Assembly: GCA_032718475.1 (NCBI GenBank)
Contig: JAUCBJ010006764.1
Span: forward strand, 14,288 to 78,287
Reading direction: 5' to 3'
DNA: 64,000 bases
DNA from: Nemertoderma westbladi
Lineage: Eukaryota; Animalia; Xenacoelomorpha
The stretch's first letter is position 1, and every line of letters starts with the position of its first letter. A program made the position numbers and the translations under genes. The notes beneath the pieces are model-generated. The model was not told where the DNA came from. It worked only from the letters and a program-made list of their open reading frames with translations, and searched no databases. This document shows positions 50,186-62,400 of the stretch, one piece after another.

Positions 50186-50863
50186 GGCTTTGATGTAGTG
50201 CGCCTGGAAGGCGCCACGTGAGACGTGCGAACTATGTACAAATTTAATTAATGCGAATAATCATTTAAGTACAATTTGTATGTACGTACGTAGCAATCAG
50301 TAATCTACAAATATATACGTTCGGAGTAAGTACTATAGTCATACAACCTTTCTCAATTAGCTACTGGGACTGGGGGGTAAACTGACTATGGCACTATGGA
50401 CGAGACACCAGACGATTTCACACTTCTTGACTGCGACGGCACAAGAGGGGGGGGAGATTCGTCAGGAGGAATGAGGTAGTCAAAGTGGGGTTGAGGGACG
50501 GAGTAATAGAGCGAAAGTGCGGAGAGAGTGCGGACGCAATTCTAGTATGGGGGGGAGAATAAGAGGCTGAGTGAGGGACGAGGAGGTCCGAGGGTATGCG
50601 AGAGTTAGAGTGAGAGTGGAGGAGAGATAGGGCGAAAGTGTTGGGGAAACAAAAGTCGCGTGAGAGGTGAGCGCGATCGGCCCGACATGGGATGCCAGGC
50701 ATACAGGGTAGCGTTATCATACCCATAGGGAGCGGCCTGGAAAGCCGGCTCCGAGAGAAAAGAATTCCACCCCACACCCGATACTAGATCGGGATCCAGC
50801 GGGATTGTAGCGCACTTTTTGGTTGATGCTATCTTCTTACCGGGAAGATAGCATGGGGGGGAG

Positions 50864-51391
50864 TGTTAGCTTATTCAATCCCGCTAACACCCCATAAAGT
50901 TAAGCCGATAAGCAATATTGGGAGCCACGAGATTGGGTAATTAACCAACTCGTGCCACCCCAATAAGAATGGGAAGGAAACACACAATCAGGGTCAGGGG
51001 CCAAACCCCTAACCCAGAGAGAACAGGTGGAGTGAACGGGAACACTCCAAAGGGCGCCAACAAGGGTATCAACCAATCAGAGGGGGGAAAGGCATCGATT
51101 AGGTAGAGTAACAAGGCCAACCGTGCAATATAGCCACTTGGCAGTAATCATATCAGTTCAGTTATCTCAGTGCAATATTGGTGCTAGTTTAGGTTAGATA
51201 GTTTAGCTAGGGAAGGACCGGTACTTTAGTTACCGTATCCCGCCTTCCGTGTACAACAACCTATATCTATATCTTTATCTTTATACCGATCATTATACAA
51301 CGAACGACACGAACCCATTTACTCTTCACACACGGCGGGGACGCGTGAACTAACACCGGATAAACCGGGATCCCTCCTGGATCCCGTCACA
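50864..51391 (+). repeat. 3' LTR of the BEL element
   Basis: Preceded by the PPT; followed by TSD GGTAG. Confidence 0.96.
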
Positions 51392-53935
51392 GGTAGCTCC
51401 CAAGAAAAGAAGCGGGGGTTTGGGGACGGCAGCCCCCAATTAAAAGAAATTAAAATAATTAAAGGAATTAAAAGAAAAACAAACAAAATTTGACTATAAA
51501 AATGTTTCTTTTATAATTTTGAAAAAACTTGTCTAGATACAACTTGTCCTGTAACCATCTTTAACTTTTATTTATTGCTTTGATGCACCCAGATTAATTT
51601 TAACACTTTAACTGGGGGGGAAGTGTCCGGGGGGCAAGTGTCCGGGGGGGAAGTGTCCTACTTGGGCGGGGGGGGAAGTGTCCGGGGGGGGGGAAGTGTC
51701 CGGGGGGGGGGAAGTGTCCTAGATCCCAGAAACCGGGTGTCAGCCGGGTACCAACGGCTGTTGGGTAGACTTTATTTCACGAACTTTCATAGGAGGCTTG
51801 TACGTACATGTACATTATATTGGTTGCTCCGATGTTTTTATTAGGCTAACTGAGAATGTATCAGGTATAAATACTGTAATTAGTGTTCTTTACTTTATTT
51901 GTCTAATACAGAAAGACCCCTCCGCAGAATAAACGGCTCTTTTGGGCTGTTTCCCAGGTTGCGGATATGGATAACATTTCACACATCGCAGTAATTGTGA
52001 TTATGATTTGTTTGCCTAGGCGAATGTTTATTACATTAGATGGGAGGCAGTTTTTTGGTTGATGCAAGTCATTCTTGGTTTGTATCTTCCAATCCCATCT
52101 GTTTCTTGGAGTCTGTTCAAGACAGACAATAATTTACTTTCTTTGCATTAATGCATTATGCCTTTAATTCTCTCAATATATTGCATGAAATTACTGAATT
52201 AAAATAGAAACACTAAAAAAAAATCAAAGTGTAAAGAATTATAAATTCCACCTACCTTATTCCCTAATTGTAATTAGAGGCTGGCGAATGTGATAATTTT
52301 TATCCAGCCCTGGTGGCTAATAAGTTGGTTGTACTGTTGGTCGCAATGTTGTTATTTGGAAGAATCCTTTACAAAGAGATCTGGAGACAATGTTTCCTGA
52401 TAAGGTACCCTTTCCACCCGAGATTATGTTCGACAACAAACAAAAATATTTAAATGCGTTACTTTACATCATAAAGGTACTAAATTGAAAAAAATGTTCA
52501 AAATAAAATTATTTTCGACGGTGTGGCAGATTGAATACAATTGGATACATTAGGTATTGAACTCATGCATATACTACTATACTATAATCGGCCTGCTGCA
52601 TTGAAACTGCACATTGAGATGCTATGCTGGCTTACAAAACTAATTTGCCACCACTATGACATCCACAATTGACAAGCCCAATGCAGCATGCATTAAGAAT
52701 GCTATGCCGGCTTATCAACAAAGTTGCACCACCACAACTCCCTATCCCCATGACTTTCGTGAGATTATCCGCATCTATAGCTATCTATACAGCATACAGC
52801 ATTCTTCAAAATGCAGCTGCAATGCAGCATGATGATCCTAATAGTATCCGCATCTTCAAGGCCAGAGTCCTTTAAGAGGTGTCTCAAGAAAGTCAAGACA
52901 CCCCCCCCCCCCCCAGACCATATTTGAGTCGGTGCAAAGTGCACCAGTCCGTGCACGCAGGGTTAAGGTGGCTCAACATGAAAAATAAATGTAAAAATCA
53001 AATTTTTTTATTATTGATTCTAAACCACAATTTCATGGAGATTCCGAATATGTAAGTTATATTCAATGAATGTCACTCTGAAAAAGTTATGAGGTCTCTT
53101 GCGAGAGTTGTCCAAACACACCCGCCCCTAAAAATGTCATCGCCAAGTCTATTTTTTGCTTCATAAGAATTCTGTTGCGAAAGAGACAAATCTATTTTAC
53201 TTCCACACTTCACAAAGTACTTCACTTTACCCTTTGCATAGTAAAAATTTTTATTGCAAGATTTGTCCATGCCCAGTCTAATACCAGTTCAATACATTTT
53301 TATGTAATAAAAGGTTGGTTCCTTTTTGGGCCCCTAGGCCCATCACTACTTAGGAACTGACAGGTTACTTACTATAAGAATTGCTCATGGCTGGCTGGCT
53401 GGCTGGCTGAATGAGGAGGAAATAAATTGAATATGGAGCAGGAATGTTTTAGACACATATACTGATTAGTTGTAAGAGTTTTGTTGACATCTATGATTTC
53501 TATACATTTCTCGATATATTATTCTTTATATCAGTTTTACGTGAAACATTATTTTCCAACCTTTGGGTGCACATTTCTCAGGATTGGGTGAATATAATGC
53601 ATTGAAACTTACTGAGTACATTCATGGTAATCTTCTCCTCAAAATCATGCACTTTAGTGACCTTGTCATGATTGGATCTCATGCTTGAGCCAAATTTTCA
53701 GTGCGCGATATGTCTTTTTTGGGTTCCCCTATCTGAATTCATATTGCTACCAAATTCCTTACAAAGAATGTCATGCATCAATATTGCATGGTTTTGAACC
53801 ATAAGGTGACCTGAACATATGTTCCCAATTTCAAGCAAATTCTATGAAAACATTTCTTAAACAATGCACCTAAGTAAACAATGATGCACAAGGCATTTTA
53901 TATGGGATCTCGCACCGCACACTTCTCCCCTTTAA

Positions 53936-54301
53936 AGGTCATTTTCTGGCGCTTGCATTTTTCACGTGCCAGTTTCACTCATGTACCTCTTTCTCAAAAA
54001 CTACTGAAGGTAAAGGTATGAAATTTTGGGACCTTGTACAGAATTCCCACGGCTTAATGGCCTCAATGACATAAATTCATAAATGTGGTTGTGTTTGCCA
54101 AGGTCTCAAAGTCAAAAAATATTTTTTGAGTTTGAGACCTTGGCAAACATAGATGGATTTATGTCATTGAGGCCATTAAGAAAGAGCTGGAAATTCTGTA
54201 CAAGGTTCCAAAATTTCATACCTTTACCTTCAGTAGTTTTTGAGAAAGAGGTACATGAATGAAACTGGCACGCGAGAAATGCAAGCGGCAGAAAATGACC
54301 T
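53936..54301. mobile_element. 366-bp almost fully palindromic MITE with TTAA TSD (Kolobok-like AGG...CCT ends)
   Basis: Arms of about 180 bp are inverted copies around a centre near 54120. TTAA at 53932-53935 and 54302-54305. Confidence 0.88.
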
Positions 54302-54496
54302 TTAAATCGCAAATTTACATTACCGCTAATGAACACGTTCGTGGGGCCATCGCGCAGGACGAGGCTCAGTTATCAGATACAGATTAAAATTGAGCGACCC
54401 ACACCACCAATCCATCAAAGAAAGGGGGACAGTACGTGTTCACCCCTTTTAATCTGCACCCCCCCCCCCCCCCCCACCCCTTCCCACCCACCAGTA

Positions 54497-54815
54497 CTTT
54501 ATAACTACCGATGCCTTCAATAGGCGAAGCCAGGTATGGTTTATAGGAATATAATCAACGCAGTAGGCAGTACTCGTCTTCATTATTATAAACGTCGTTG
54601 TGCTCGTCCTGTTTTGTATTTAAACATATTTCCTAAACGCAGACTGACGGACGATCTTTATAACTACTGATGCCTTCAATAAGCGAAGCCAGGTATGGTT
54701 AATAGGAATATAGTCTACACAGTACTCGTCTTCATTATATGCCTCGTTGCGCTCGTCGCTCGTCCTGTTTTGCATTAAAATATTTTTCCTAAACCAAGAC
54801 TGACGATCTTTATAC
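54497..54815. repeat. Diverged ~160-bp direct duplication
   Basis: CTTTATAACTAC.GATGCCTTCAATA.GCGAAGCCAGGTATGG...GACTGACG occurs twice in tandem. Confidence 0.8.
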
Positions 54816-56219
54816 AGTTATAACTATGCGAAGTTTCGAAACTGTGCGAGTAACTGTTGATACATCTATGTGGAGATGTGTGATACAACGCCAACGCATC
54901 GTATGCCGATGTAGTAATATGGGTATTGAAATAATATTAAATCAATGTACACTTTTAAAGCTGCAGCGAAAAAATGTAGATAATTTTCTAGGTTACATAT
55001 AAAATAATAATATTATTTTTAAGAACATTAATTTTACTACTTTGCAAAAATTCAATTAAAAAATAACCAGACAAATATATTGCGGAATAAACTATTTCAG
55101 ATATAAGCCTACAACAGTCATTATATCTTCTGTCACCTGAGATAGTAAGTAATACAACATTTATAGTATAGAGTCAATAGGAATTGAAATACAGGCAGTG
55201 TATGGTTGGAGTTATGTCTGGGTTGCTATAGCAATACTACTGGCTGCCTATTACAGTACAATTCGCCTCTGGTAAGGCTACACCAACATCTCCGAGCCAG
55301 CTAGCAGCTCTACACCCCCGCAGAGACTATGTTGACCAATAATGGGCAGGATTAAATTTGTACTCAATAATTGTGCCGCTTTAATTACGTTTAGATCAAT
55401 TAAAGACACATTTATTAAAGCAAATCACTTGAACTAATTAAAAACTATAATAGAATGGGGTATGTGGATTACATCTGTATAATTTTTAAGTATAATTATT
55501 TAAATCTTATACTGTAAAATAATTAATTTCCTTTAACAGGCAGGTACCATGCAGGTTGAAAGTGCTGTTTTTACCGTAATCAACTTAATTAACTAATTAA
55601 TTGCTATTATCTTAGCTTCTCTAAGACCACACGGAAATTCAACTTGGAAAATTTCTAAACTTTTGCCAGACTACATGTGTACCAAGTATGGTTAATCTCT
55701 GGTGCATGAAATGATTGTCCTGATGCCACCAAAACTTGTCCAACACAAATATTCATCATTTGGAGTTCAAATCTGTAGGAATATTTATTTTTTATTTTTT
55801 CAATTTTTCATGTTAAGCCACCTTTGCAGGTGCTCTGATAATTTCTTATATTTTTTCCTATGGAGGGTTATTTTAGATCCATTAAAAATACATTTAATCT
55901 CAATCATTTCCCACATGGTTTATATCAATTGAAAGCGGAGAATATTGCGCGTCTTTTGACACTATAATTAATTAAATTCATGGAGATGAACATTGATTAA
56001 CTGAATCAATAACTCATATATAACTAATATATTATATTTATTTTCCACACATCAAATTTTGCACTTTTAGATAAAATTTAATAGAAGAAATTAACTTTTC
56101 AGGTGAACATCAAATTTAAAATGATCTTGACTGGAATTTTTTGAGAAGCAACTGATGTTGCCAGTAGCAGATGCTACAGTAGTATTGGCAACAAAAACTG
56201 TTGAAGTAACTTGATGTTG

Positions 56220-59200
56220 GAGGGGGGGGGGGGGGGGGGGGGGGTCGGGTAAGGCGACCTTTAGTTAGCAAAGGGTGCCTTGGTGGGGGGGAGCAAAGCC
56301 AGGTGAAGTGGACGTTGTTTTTCGTTTGATTTAGATTTGTTATGTTTTATTTTAATTTAGTTCCATTAAAGTTGTATCCTTATTGCATGCACTAATTACG
56401 CCGTATGGTTAAATAACGGTTAAATGTCGATATTAAAAGGATATTAACTGAGTTGACATTCTATTGTACAGTATGTATGTATGTATGTACTGTACTATTG
56501 TAGCATGTAGCTTAAACCAGTTCTTCTATGAGTATCTCTTTTAATGCTTTTGAAAAAGATTGTTTTGATTTTTGATTTCTATGGGTAGTGAGTTCCAGAT
56601 TATTGCCCCATGGTATTTTAAAGATTTTTACGTTTGCTGTAGTCAGGTGCGATGTATGAAATAGATACGGATAGACGTAGAACGTGTGATGTGGGAGTGA
56701 ATGAGACTTGTTGGTTTAAACAGCAGTAATGTAATCTTGTTTTTTGTGGTTAATAACTTCCCACATAGTTTGGCCGTTTCCCGTTCTTGTCGTTTTTCTA
56801 TAGGTATAATGTTAAGTAGTTTGTAATTGGTGGACGGACCGTGTGCTTATAGTGGTTGAATGTTATCGCCCGTATTATTTTGTTTACCTTTAATCTAATT
56901 GGATTAATGTTTCTTTCACAGGAGTTTCCCCATAAAATTATTCCGTAAGATAGATATGGATGTATGAAAGTGTGGAATAGCGATTTTAATATTTTTAAGT
57001 GTAAGATACTGTATATCGTAGTTTGAAAAATAAGCCAGCGGATTTTAAAATTTTTTTGCTTACATAAGCGCAGTGTTGTTGCCAAGTGAGTTTGTGGTCG
57101 ATCAATAGGCTTAAAAATTTAGTTGTTTCTACTTCATTAAATAATTTTCCATTAATAATAATTTGTTCCTTTGTAGTATTATGTTTTTTAGAGATAAGTA
57201 GGTATTCCGTTTTTTAGGTTAAGTGAAAGCTTATTGTCTAATAGCCATTTGTCAAGTTTGGTGAGTTCCTCATTCACAGTGTTGATGAGAGTGTCTCTGT
57301 TTGCGCTTTTAAGACCTTTGACAGTTTAACCTGCCAAATTAGGATGTCTTTTAGATGATATATAGTCTTTAGCCTATGACGAGTATTTGATACACTACAT
57401 TAGCCGAAGCCAGTCTATGTGCAATCATTCACCCGCTGGATATACCCGGGAGACTGAATTCGGAAGCTTAATGATTGATGGTGTAAGCCTACTGTATTAT
57501 TCGACTGATCGTAATATACAATCTCTGACAAATATTATTCACTTTCGGGAAATATTAACAGTTCCTTTAGGACGTGGCGCTCTAAATATGTAAACAGAGT
57601 TATGACTTAAACTAGACACAACGAAAAGGCTATAGATTCACGTATATGGCACATTCTTTAGGAGATGCTTTGTTATCAGTTACAATCATACACAATGCTG
57701 CACAATACTGCACACTAATCTGCCGACCTTCACTAAATTTAGTCACATATAAAGAGAGCAACATACAATTTATGTCGGGCCTATGAAATAGCATTAGATT
57801 CACTTCAAACCACTTAACATAGGTCGCAATCGTTTATCTGTAACCGGTCTCTCTAACCTTTAGTATATCAAGAAGGTTGGGTGTCTGACTATTGATCAGT
57901 ATTCCGATATAATATTTCATCAACGAATATAATGAATAACCGACAGCAAAAGCAGTAATGTTAAGTAAGATATGTATGATATGTTTAGTTATGGATAGAT
58001 AACTCGATAACAGATATACGTTCTATAATTAAGCCTACTAATGTTAAACTAAAGACTGAAACACGGAGGTGCCAAAAGCCGGTGTTCTTAGGCTCTGGGC
58101 AAAAACATAACACTGAACTACTGAGTTTCTGTATCCAACCTCCAACACAGAGTCAAAAAACGCTCTGATTGGTCGACCGAACAAAGAGAGAACAAAGAAC
58201 AAAGAAATGTTCGACGTGGCAATATCAGCTGTTAGCCGTCGTCATGGTAGCGACACTGTTTTCAAGAGAATCCAGCTTATTGCGTCACGAAATTGCGGAT
58301 TATGTCCTCTAAAGTACACATACAGAAGAAATGACTTTTATGTCCTCTAAAACACCAGTACAGTAAGGACACGGCCTTTTTATGCCTGGTAAACCAACTA
58401 CAGAGTACTTTACGGGAAAATAACCGGCTAATTACGCAAAAGCTTTTACAGTCTCGGTGTGGGTGATAGTGCAATAGGTAGGTGTCATCGGCGAAGAGAG
58501 TTGTAATTAATTGTGTGCAGTTTGGTAAGTCGTTTATGTCTAAAAGGAAAGTGTGGCACTAAGTATTGCTCCTTGTGGTGTTCCGCAGGTAGAAGTTAGG
58601 GGTCATGATTGGTAGTTGTTAAGTGAGAAGTAATGTGTTCGTTCTGTTAAGTAGTTTTTTAAAAGTGCGTGTGGGAGTCCTCGTATTCCGTAGCAGTTTA
58701 ATTTTTTGAGTAGTATTTATGTGATTCAGTGTGTCGAAGGCTTTTCTTAGATCTATTGAATCAAACAAGCAGATTGCTCAGCGTCAAATATTTCGCATAG
58801 CCGTTCGGTCATTGTCAGAATTGCATCAGTAGTTGTCGAATATTTACAGAACCCATACTGGCTTCGGGAAAGAATACAGTATTTTTCTAAATACGAAGTT
58901 AATTGTGAATTAATCACAGATTCGTAAAGTTTAGTAAAAACAGGTAGTATGGATATGGGGCGATAATTGATTTTATCAGTGGGATCCCCACTTTTGTATA
59001 CGGGAATGATTTTTGCTTGTTTTAGGATTTTTAGGATATTAGGGAAGTAACTAGTTCTTATCTACATTATCTAAATTAATAAAATTCGTGATGTGTGGGG
59101 CAAGATCATATGCTGCAATTTTTAGCACAGAAATGGGGAAGTTGTCATTGGTTGAGCAGTTATTTATTATGTTAAGATGTTATATATGGTTTCAGTTTCG

Positions 59201-59442
59201 GATGTTTGGGAAAGGGAAAATGAGTTTGGTTTCCGATGGTTTACAAAGCTTGGTGGGTTTCGGTTTGTTGAAGGAAGTGAACCAGTAAGTTGTGGCCCTA
59301 CATTAGCAAATAAGAGATTGAACGTAGTTCCTTTCCTATATCAAACGGGTCTATGTGTTCTTGTGTTCCAGTTGATGAAATGGTTTTAATTATTTTGGTG
59401 TAGAAAGTGATTTGGTCTGACGAAATGCAGAATTTATGTTTT
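56220..59442 (-). mobile_element. Decayed CR1/L2-group (Crack/Daphne-like) LINE: linker, RT and C-terminus
   Basis: Motifs FANVGPQL, IIPVYKSGD..INYRPISILP, DLRKAFDT, PQGAIL, LFADDT, WLLDNKLSL, IHPYLSYGIILWG and IWN. Interrupted by a solo LTR. Left boundary is approximate. Confidence 0.85.
57298..58450. mobile_element. Solo LTR (1153 bp) inserted in the LINE RT
   Basis: TG...CA ends and a 5-bp TSD GTCTC (57293-57297, 58451-58455). Removing it restores LINE sequence LFADDTYLLHYHPHRDTLINTVNEEL. Confidence 0.8.
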
Positions 59443-62400
59443 CAGTTGAAGTAGAAGATAAATTAATCTGGAGTGCTGCTGGCCAGGTGGTGAGGCTTCG
59501 AGTGTGCCGAAGTAGAAGGTAGATTAATAGGGAGATCTGGTGGCCCAGTTGAAGTAGAAGATAAATTAATCTGGAGTGCTGCTGGCCAGGTGGTGAGGCT
59601 TCGAGTGTGCGGAAGTAGAAGGTAGATTAATAGGGAGATCTGGTGGCCCAGTTGAAGTAGAAGATAAATTAATCTGGAGTGCTGCTGGCCAGGTGGTGAG
59701 GCTTCGAGTGTGCCGAAGTAGAAGGTAGATTAATAGGGAGATCTGGTGGCCCAGTTGAAGTAGAAGATAAATTAATCTGGAGTGCTGCTGGCCAGGTGGT
59801 GAGGCTTCGAGTGTGCGGAAGTAGAAGGTAGATTAATAGGGAGATCTGGTGGCCCAGTTGAAGTAGAAGATAAATTAATCTGGAGTGCTGCTGGCCAGGT
59901 GGTGAGGCTTCGAGTGTGCGGAAGTAGAAGGTAGATTAATAGGGAGATCTGGTGGCCCAGTTGAAGTAGAAGATAAATTAATCTGGAGTGCTGCTGGCCA
60001 GGTGGTGAGGCTTCGAGTGTGCGGAAGTAGAAGGTAGATTAATAGGGAGATCTGGTGGCCCAGTTGAAGTAGAAGATAAATTAATCTGGAGTGCTGCTGG
60101 CCAGGTGGTGAGGCTTCGAGTGTGCGGAAGTAGAAGGTAGATTAATAGGGAGATCTGGTGGCCCAGTTGAAGTAGAAGATAAATTAATCTGGAGTGCTGC
60201 TGGCCAGGTGGTGAGGCTTCGAGTGTGCGGAAGTAGAAGGTAGATTAATAGGGAGATCTGGTGGCCCAGTTGAAGTAGAAGATAAATTAATCTGGAGTGC
60301 TGCTGGCCAGGTGGTGAGGCTTCGAGTGTGCGGAAGTAGAAGGTAGATTAATAGGGAGATCTGGTGGCCCAGTTGAAGTAGAAGATAAATTAATCTGGAG
60401 TGCTGCTGGCCAGGTGGTGAGGCTTCGAGTGTGCGGAAGTAGAAGGTAGATTAATAGGGAGATCTGGTGGCCCAGTTGAAGTAGAAGATAAATTAATCTG
60501 GAGTGCTGCTGGCCAGGTGGTGAGGCTTCGAGTGTGCGGAAGTAGAAGGTAGATTAATAGGGAGATCTGGTGGCCCAGTTGAAGTAGAAGATAAATTAAT
60601 CTGGAGTGCTGCTGGCCAGGTGGTGAGGCTTCGAGTGTGCGGAAGTAGAAGGTAGATTAATAGGGAGATCTGGTGGCCCAGTTGAAGTAGAAGATAAATT
60701 AATCTGGAGTGCTGCTGGCCAGGTGGTGAGGCTTCGAGTGTGCGGAAGTAGAAGGTAGATTAATAGGGAGATCTGGTGGCCCAGTTGAAGTAGAAGATAA
60801 ATTAATCTGGAGTGCTGCTGGCCAGGTGGTGAGGCTTCGAGTGTGCGGAAGTAGAAGGTAGATTAATAGGGAGATCTGGTGGCCCAGTTGAAGTAGAAGA
60901 TAAATTAATCTGGAGTGCTGCTGGCCAGGTGGTGAGGCTTCGAGTGTGCGGAAGTAGAAGGTAGATTAATAGGGAGATCTGGTGGCCCAGTTGAAGTAGA
61001 AGATAAATTAATCTGGAGTGCTGCTGGCCAGGTGGTGAGGCTTCGAGTGTGCGGAAGTAGAAGGTAGATTAATAGGGAGATCTGGTGGCCCAGTTGAAGT
61101 AGAAGATAAATTAATCTGGAGTGCTGCTGGCCAGGTGGTGAGGCTTCGAGTGTGCGGAAGTAGAAGGTAGATTAATAGGGAGATCTGGTGGCCCAGTTGA
61201 AGTAGAAGATAAATTAATCTGGAGTGCTGCTGGCCAGGTGGTGAGGCTTCGAGTGTGCGGAAGTAGAAGGTAGATTAATAGGGAGATCTGGTGGCCCAGT
61301 TGAAGTAGAAGATAAATTAATCTGGAGTGCTGCTGGCCAGGTGGTGAGGCTTCGAGTGTGCGGAAGTAGAAGGTAGATTAATAGGGAGATCTGGTGGCCC
61401 AGTTGAAGTAGAAGATAAATTAATCTGGAGTGCTGCTGGCCAGGTGGTGAGGCTTCGAGTGTGCGGAAGTAGAAGGTAGATTAATAGGGAGATCTGGTGG
61501 CCCAGTTGAAGTAGAAGATAAATTAATCTGGAGTGCTGCTGGCCAGGTGGTGAGGCTTCGAGTGTGCGGAAGTAGAAGGTAGATTAATAGGGAGATCTGG
61601 TGGCCCAGTTGAAGTAGAAGATAAATTAATCTGGAGTGCTGCTGGCCAGGTGGTGAGGCTTCGAGTGTGCGGAAGTAGAAGGTAGATTAATAGGGAGATC
61701 TGGTGGCCCAGTTGAAGTAGAAGATAAATTAATCTGGAGTGCTGCTGGCCAGGTGGTGAGGCTTCGAGTGTGCGGAAGTAGAAGGTAGATTAATAGGGAG
61801 ATCTGGTGGCCCAGTTGAAGTAGAAGATAAATTAATCTGGAGTGCTGCTGGCCAGGTGGTGAGGCTTCGAGTGTGCGGAAGTAGAAGGTAGATTAATAGG
61901 GAGATCTGGTGGCCCAGTTGAAGTAGAAGATAAATTAATCTGGAGTGCTGCTGGCCAGGTGGTGAGGCTTCGAGTGTGCGGAAGTAGAAGGTAGATTAAT
62001 AGGGAGATCTGGTGGCCCAGTTGAAGTAGAAGATAAATTAATCTGGAGTGCTGCTGGCCAGGTGGTGAGGCTTCGAGTGTGCGGAAGTAGAAGGTAGATT
62101 AATAGGGAGATCTGGTGGCCCAGTTGAAGTAGAAGATAAATTAATCTGGAGTGCTGCTGGCCAGGTGGTGAGGCTTCGAGTGTGCGGAAGTAGAAGGTAG
62201 ATTAATAGGGAGATCTGGTGGCCCAGTTGAAGTAGAAGATAAATTAATCTGGAGTGCTGCTGGCCAGGTGGTGAGGCTTCGAGTGTGCGGAAGTAGAAGG
62301 TAGATTAATAGGGAGATCTGGTGGCCCAGTTGAAGTAGAAGATAAATTAATCTGGAGTGCTGCTGGCCAGGTGGTGAGGCTTCGAGTGTGCGGAAGTAGA

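Larger units (their letters stand above)
37849..51391 (+). mobile_element. Young, oversized (13.5 kb) BEL/Pao LTR retrotransposon
   Basis: 528-bp LTRs at 37849-38376 and 50864-51391 (TG...CA; two differences seen by eye). 5-bp TSD GGTAG. G-rich PPT at 50855-50863. BEL-type gag-pol. Confidence 0.96.
36882..51726. mobile_element. Non-autonomous foldback/Mutator-like DNA transposon (~1.3 kb) split by the BEL insertion
   Basis: TSD CAGAAACC at 36874-36881 and 51727-51734. Termini GGTGTTCGGACACTTCCCC and revcomp GGATCTAGGACACTTCCCC. Subterminal GGACACTTCCCCCC repeats are inverted at the two ends. Confidence 0.75.
52967..55822. mobile_element. Possible Kolobok-type non-autonomous element with nested inserts
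   Basis: TTAA|GGTGGCTCAACATGAAAAA at the left end and TTTTTCATGTTAAGCCACC at the right end. The right TSD is degenerate (TTTG). Confidence 0.45.
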
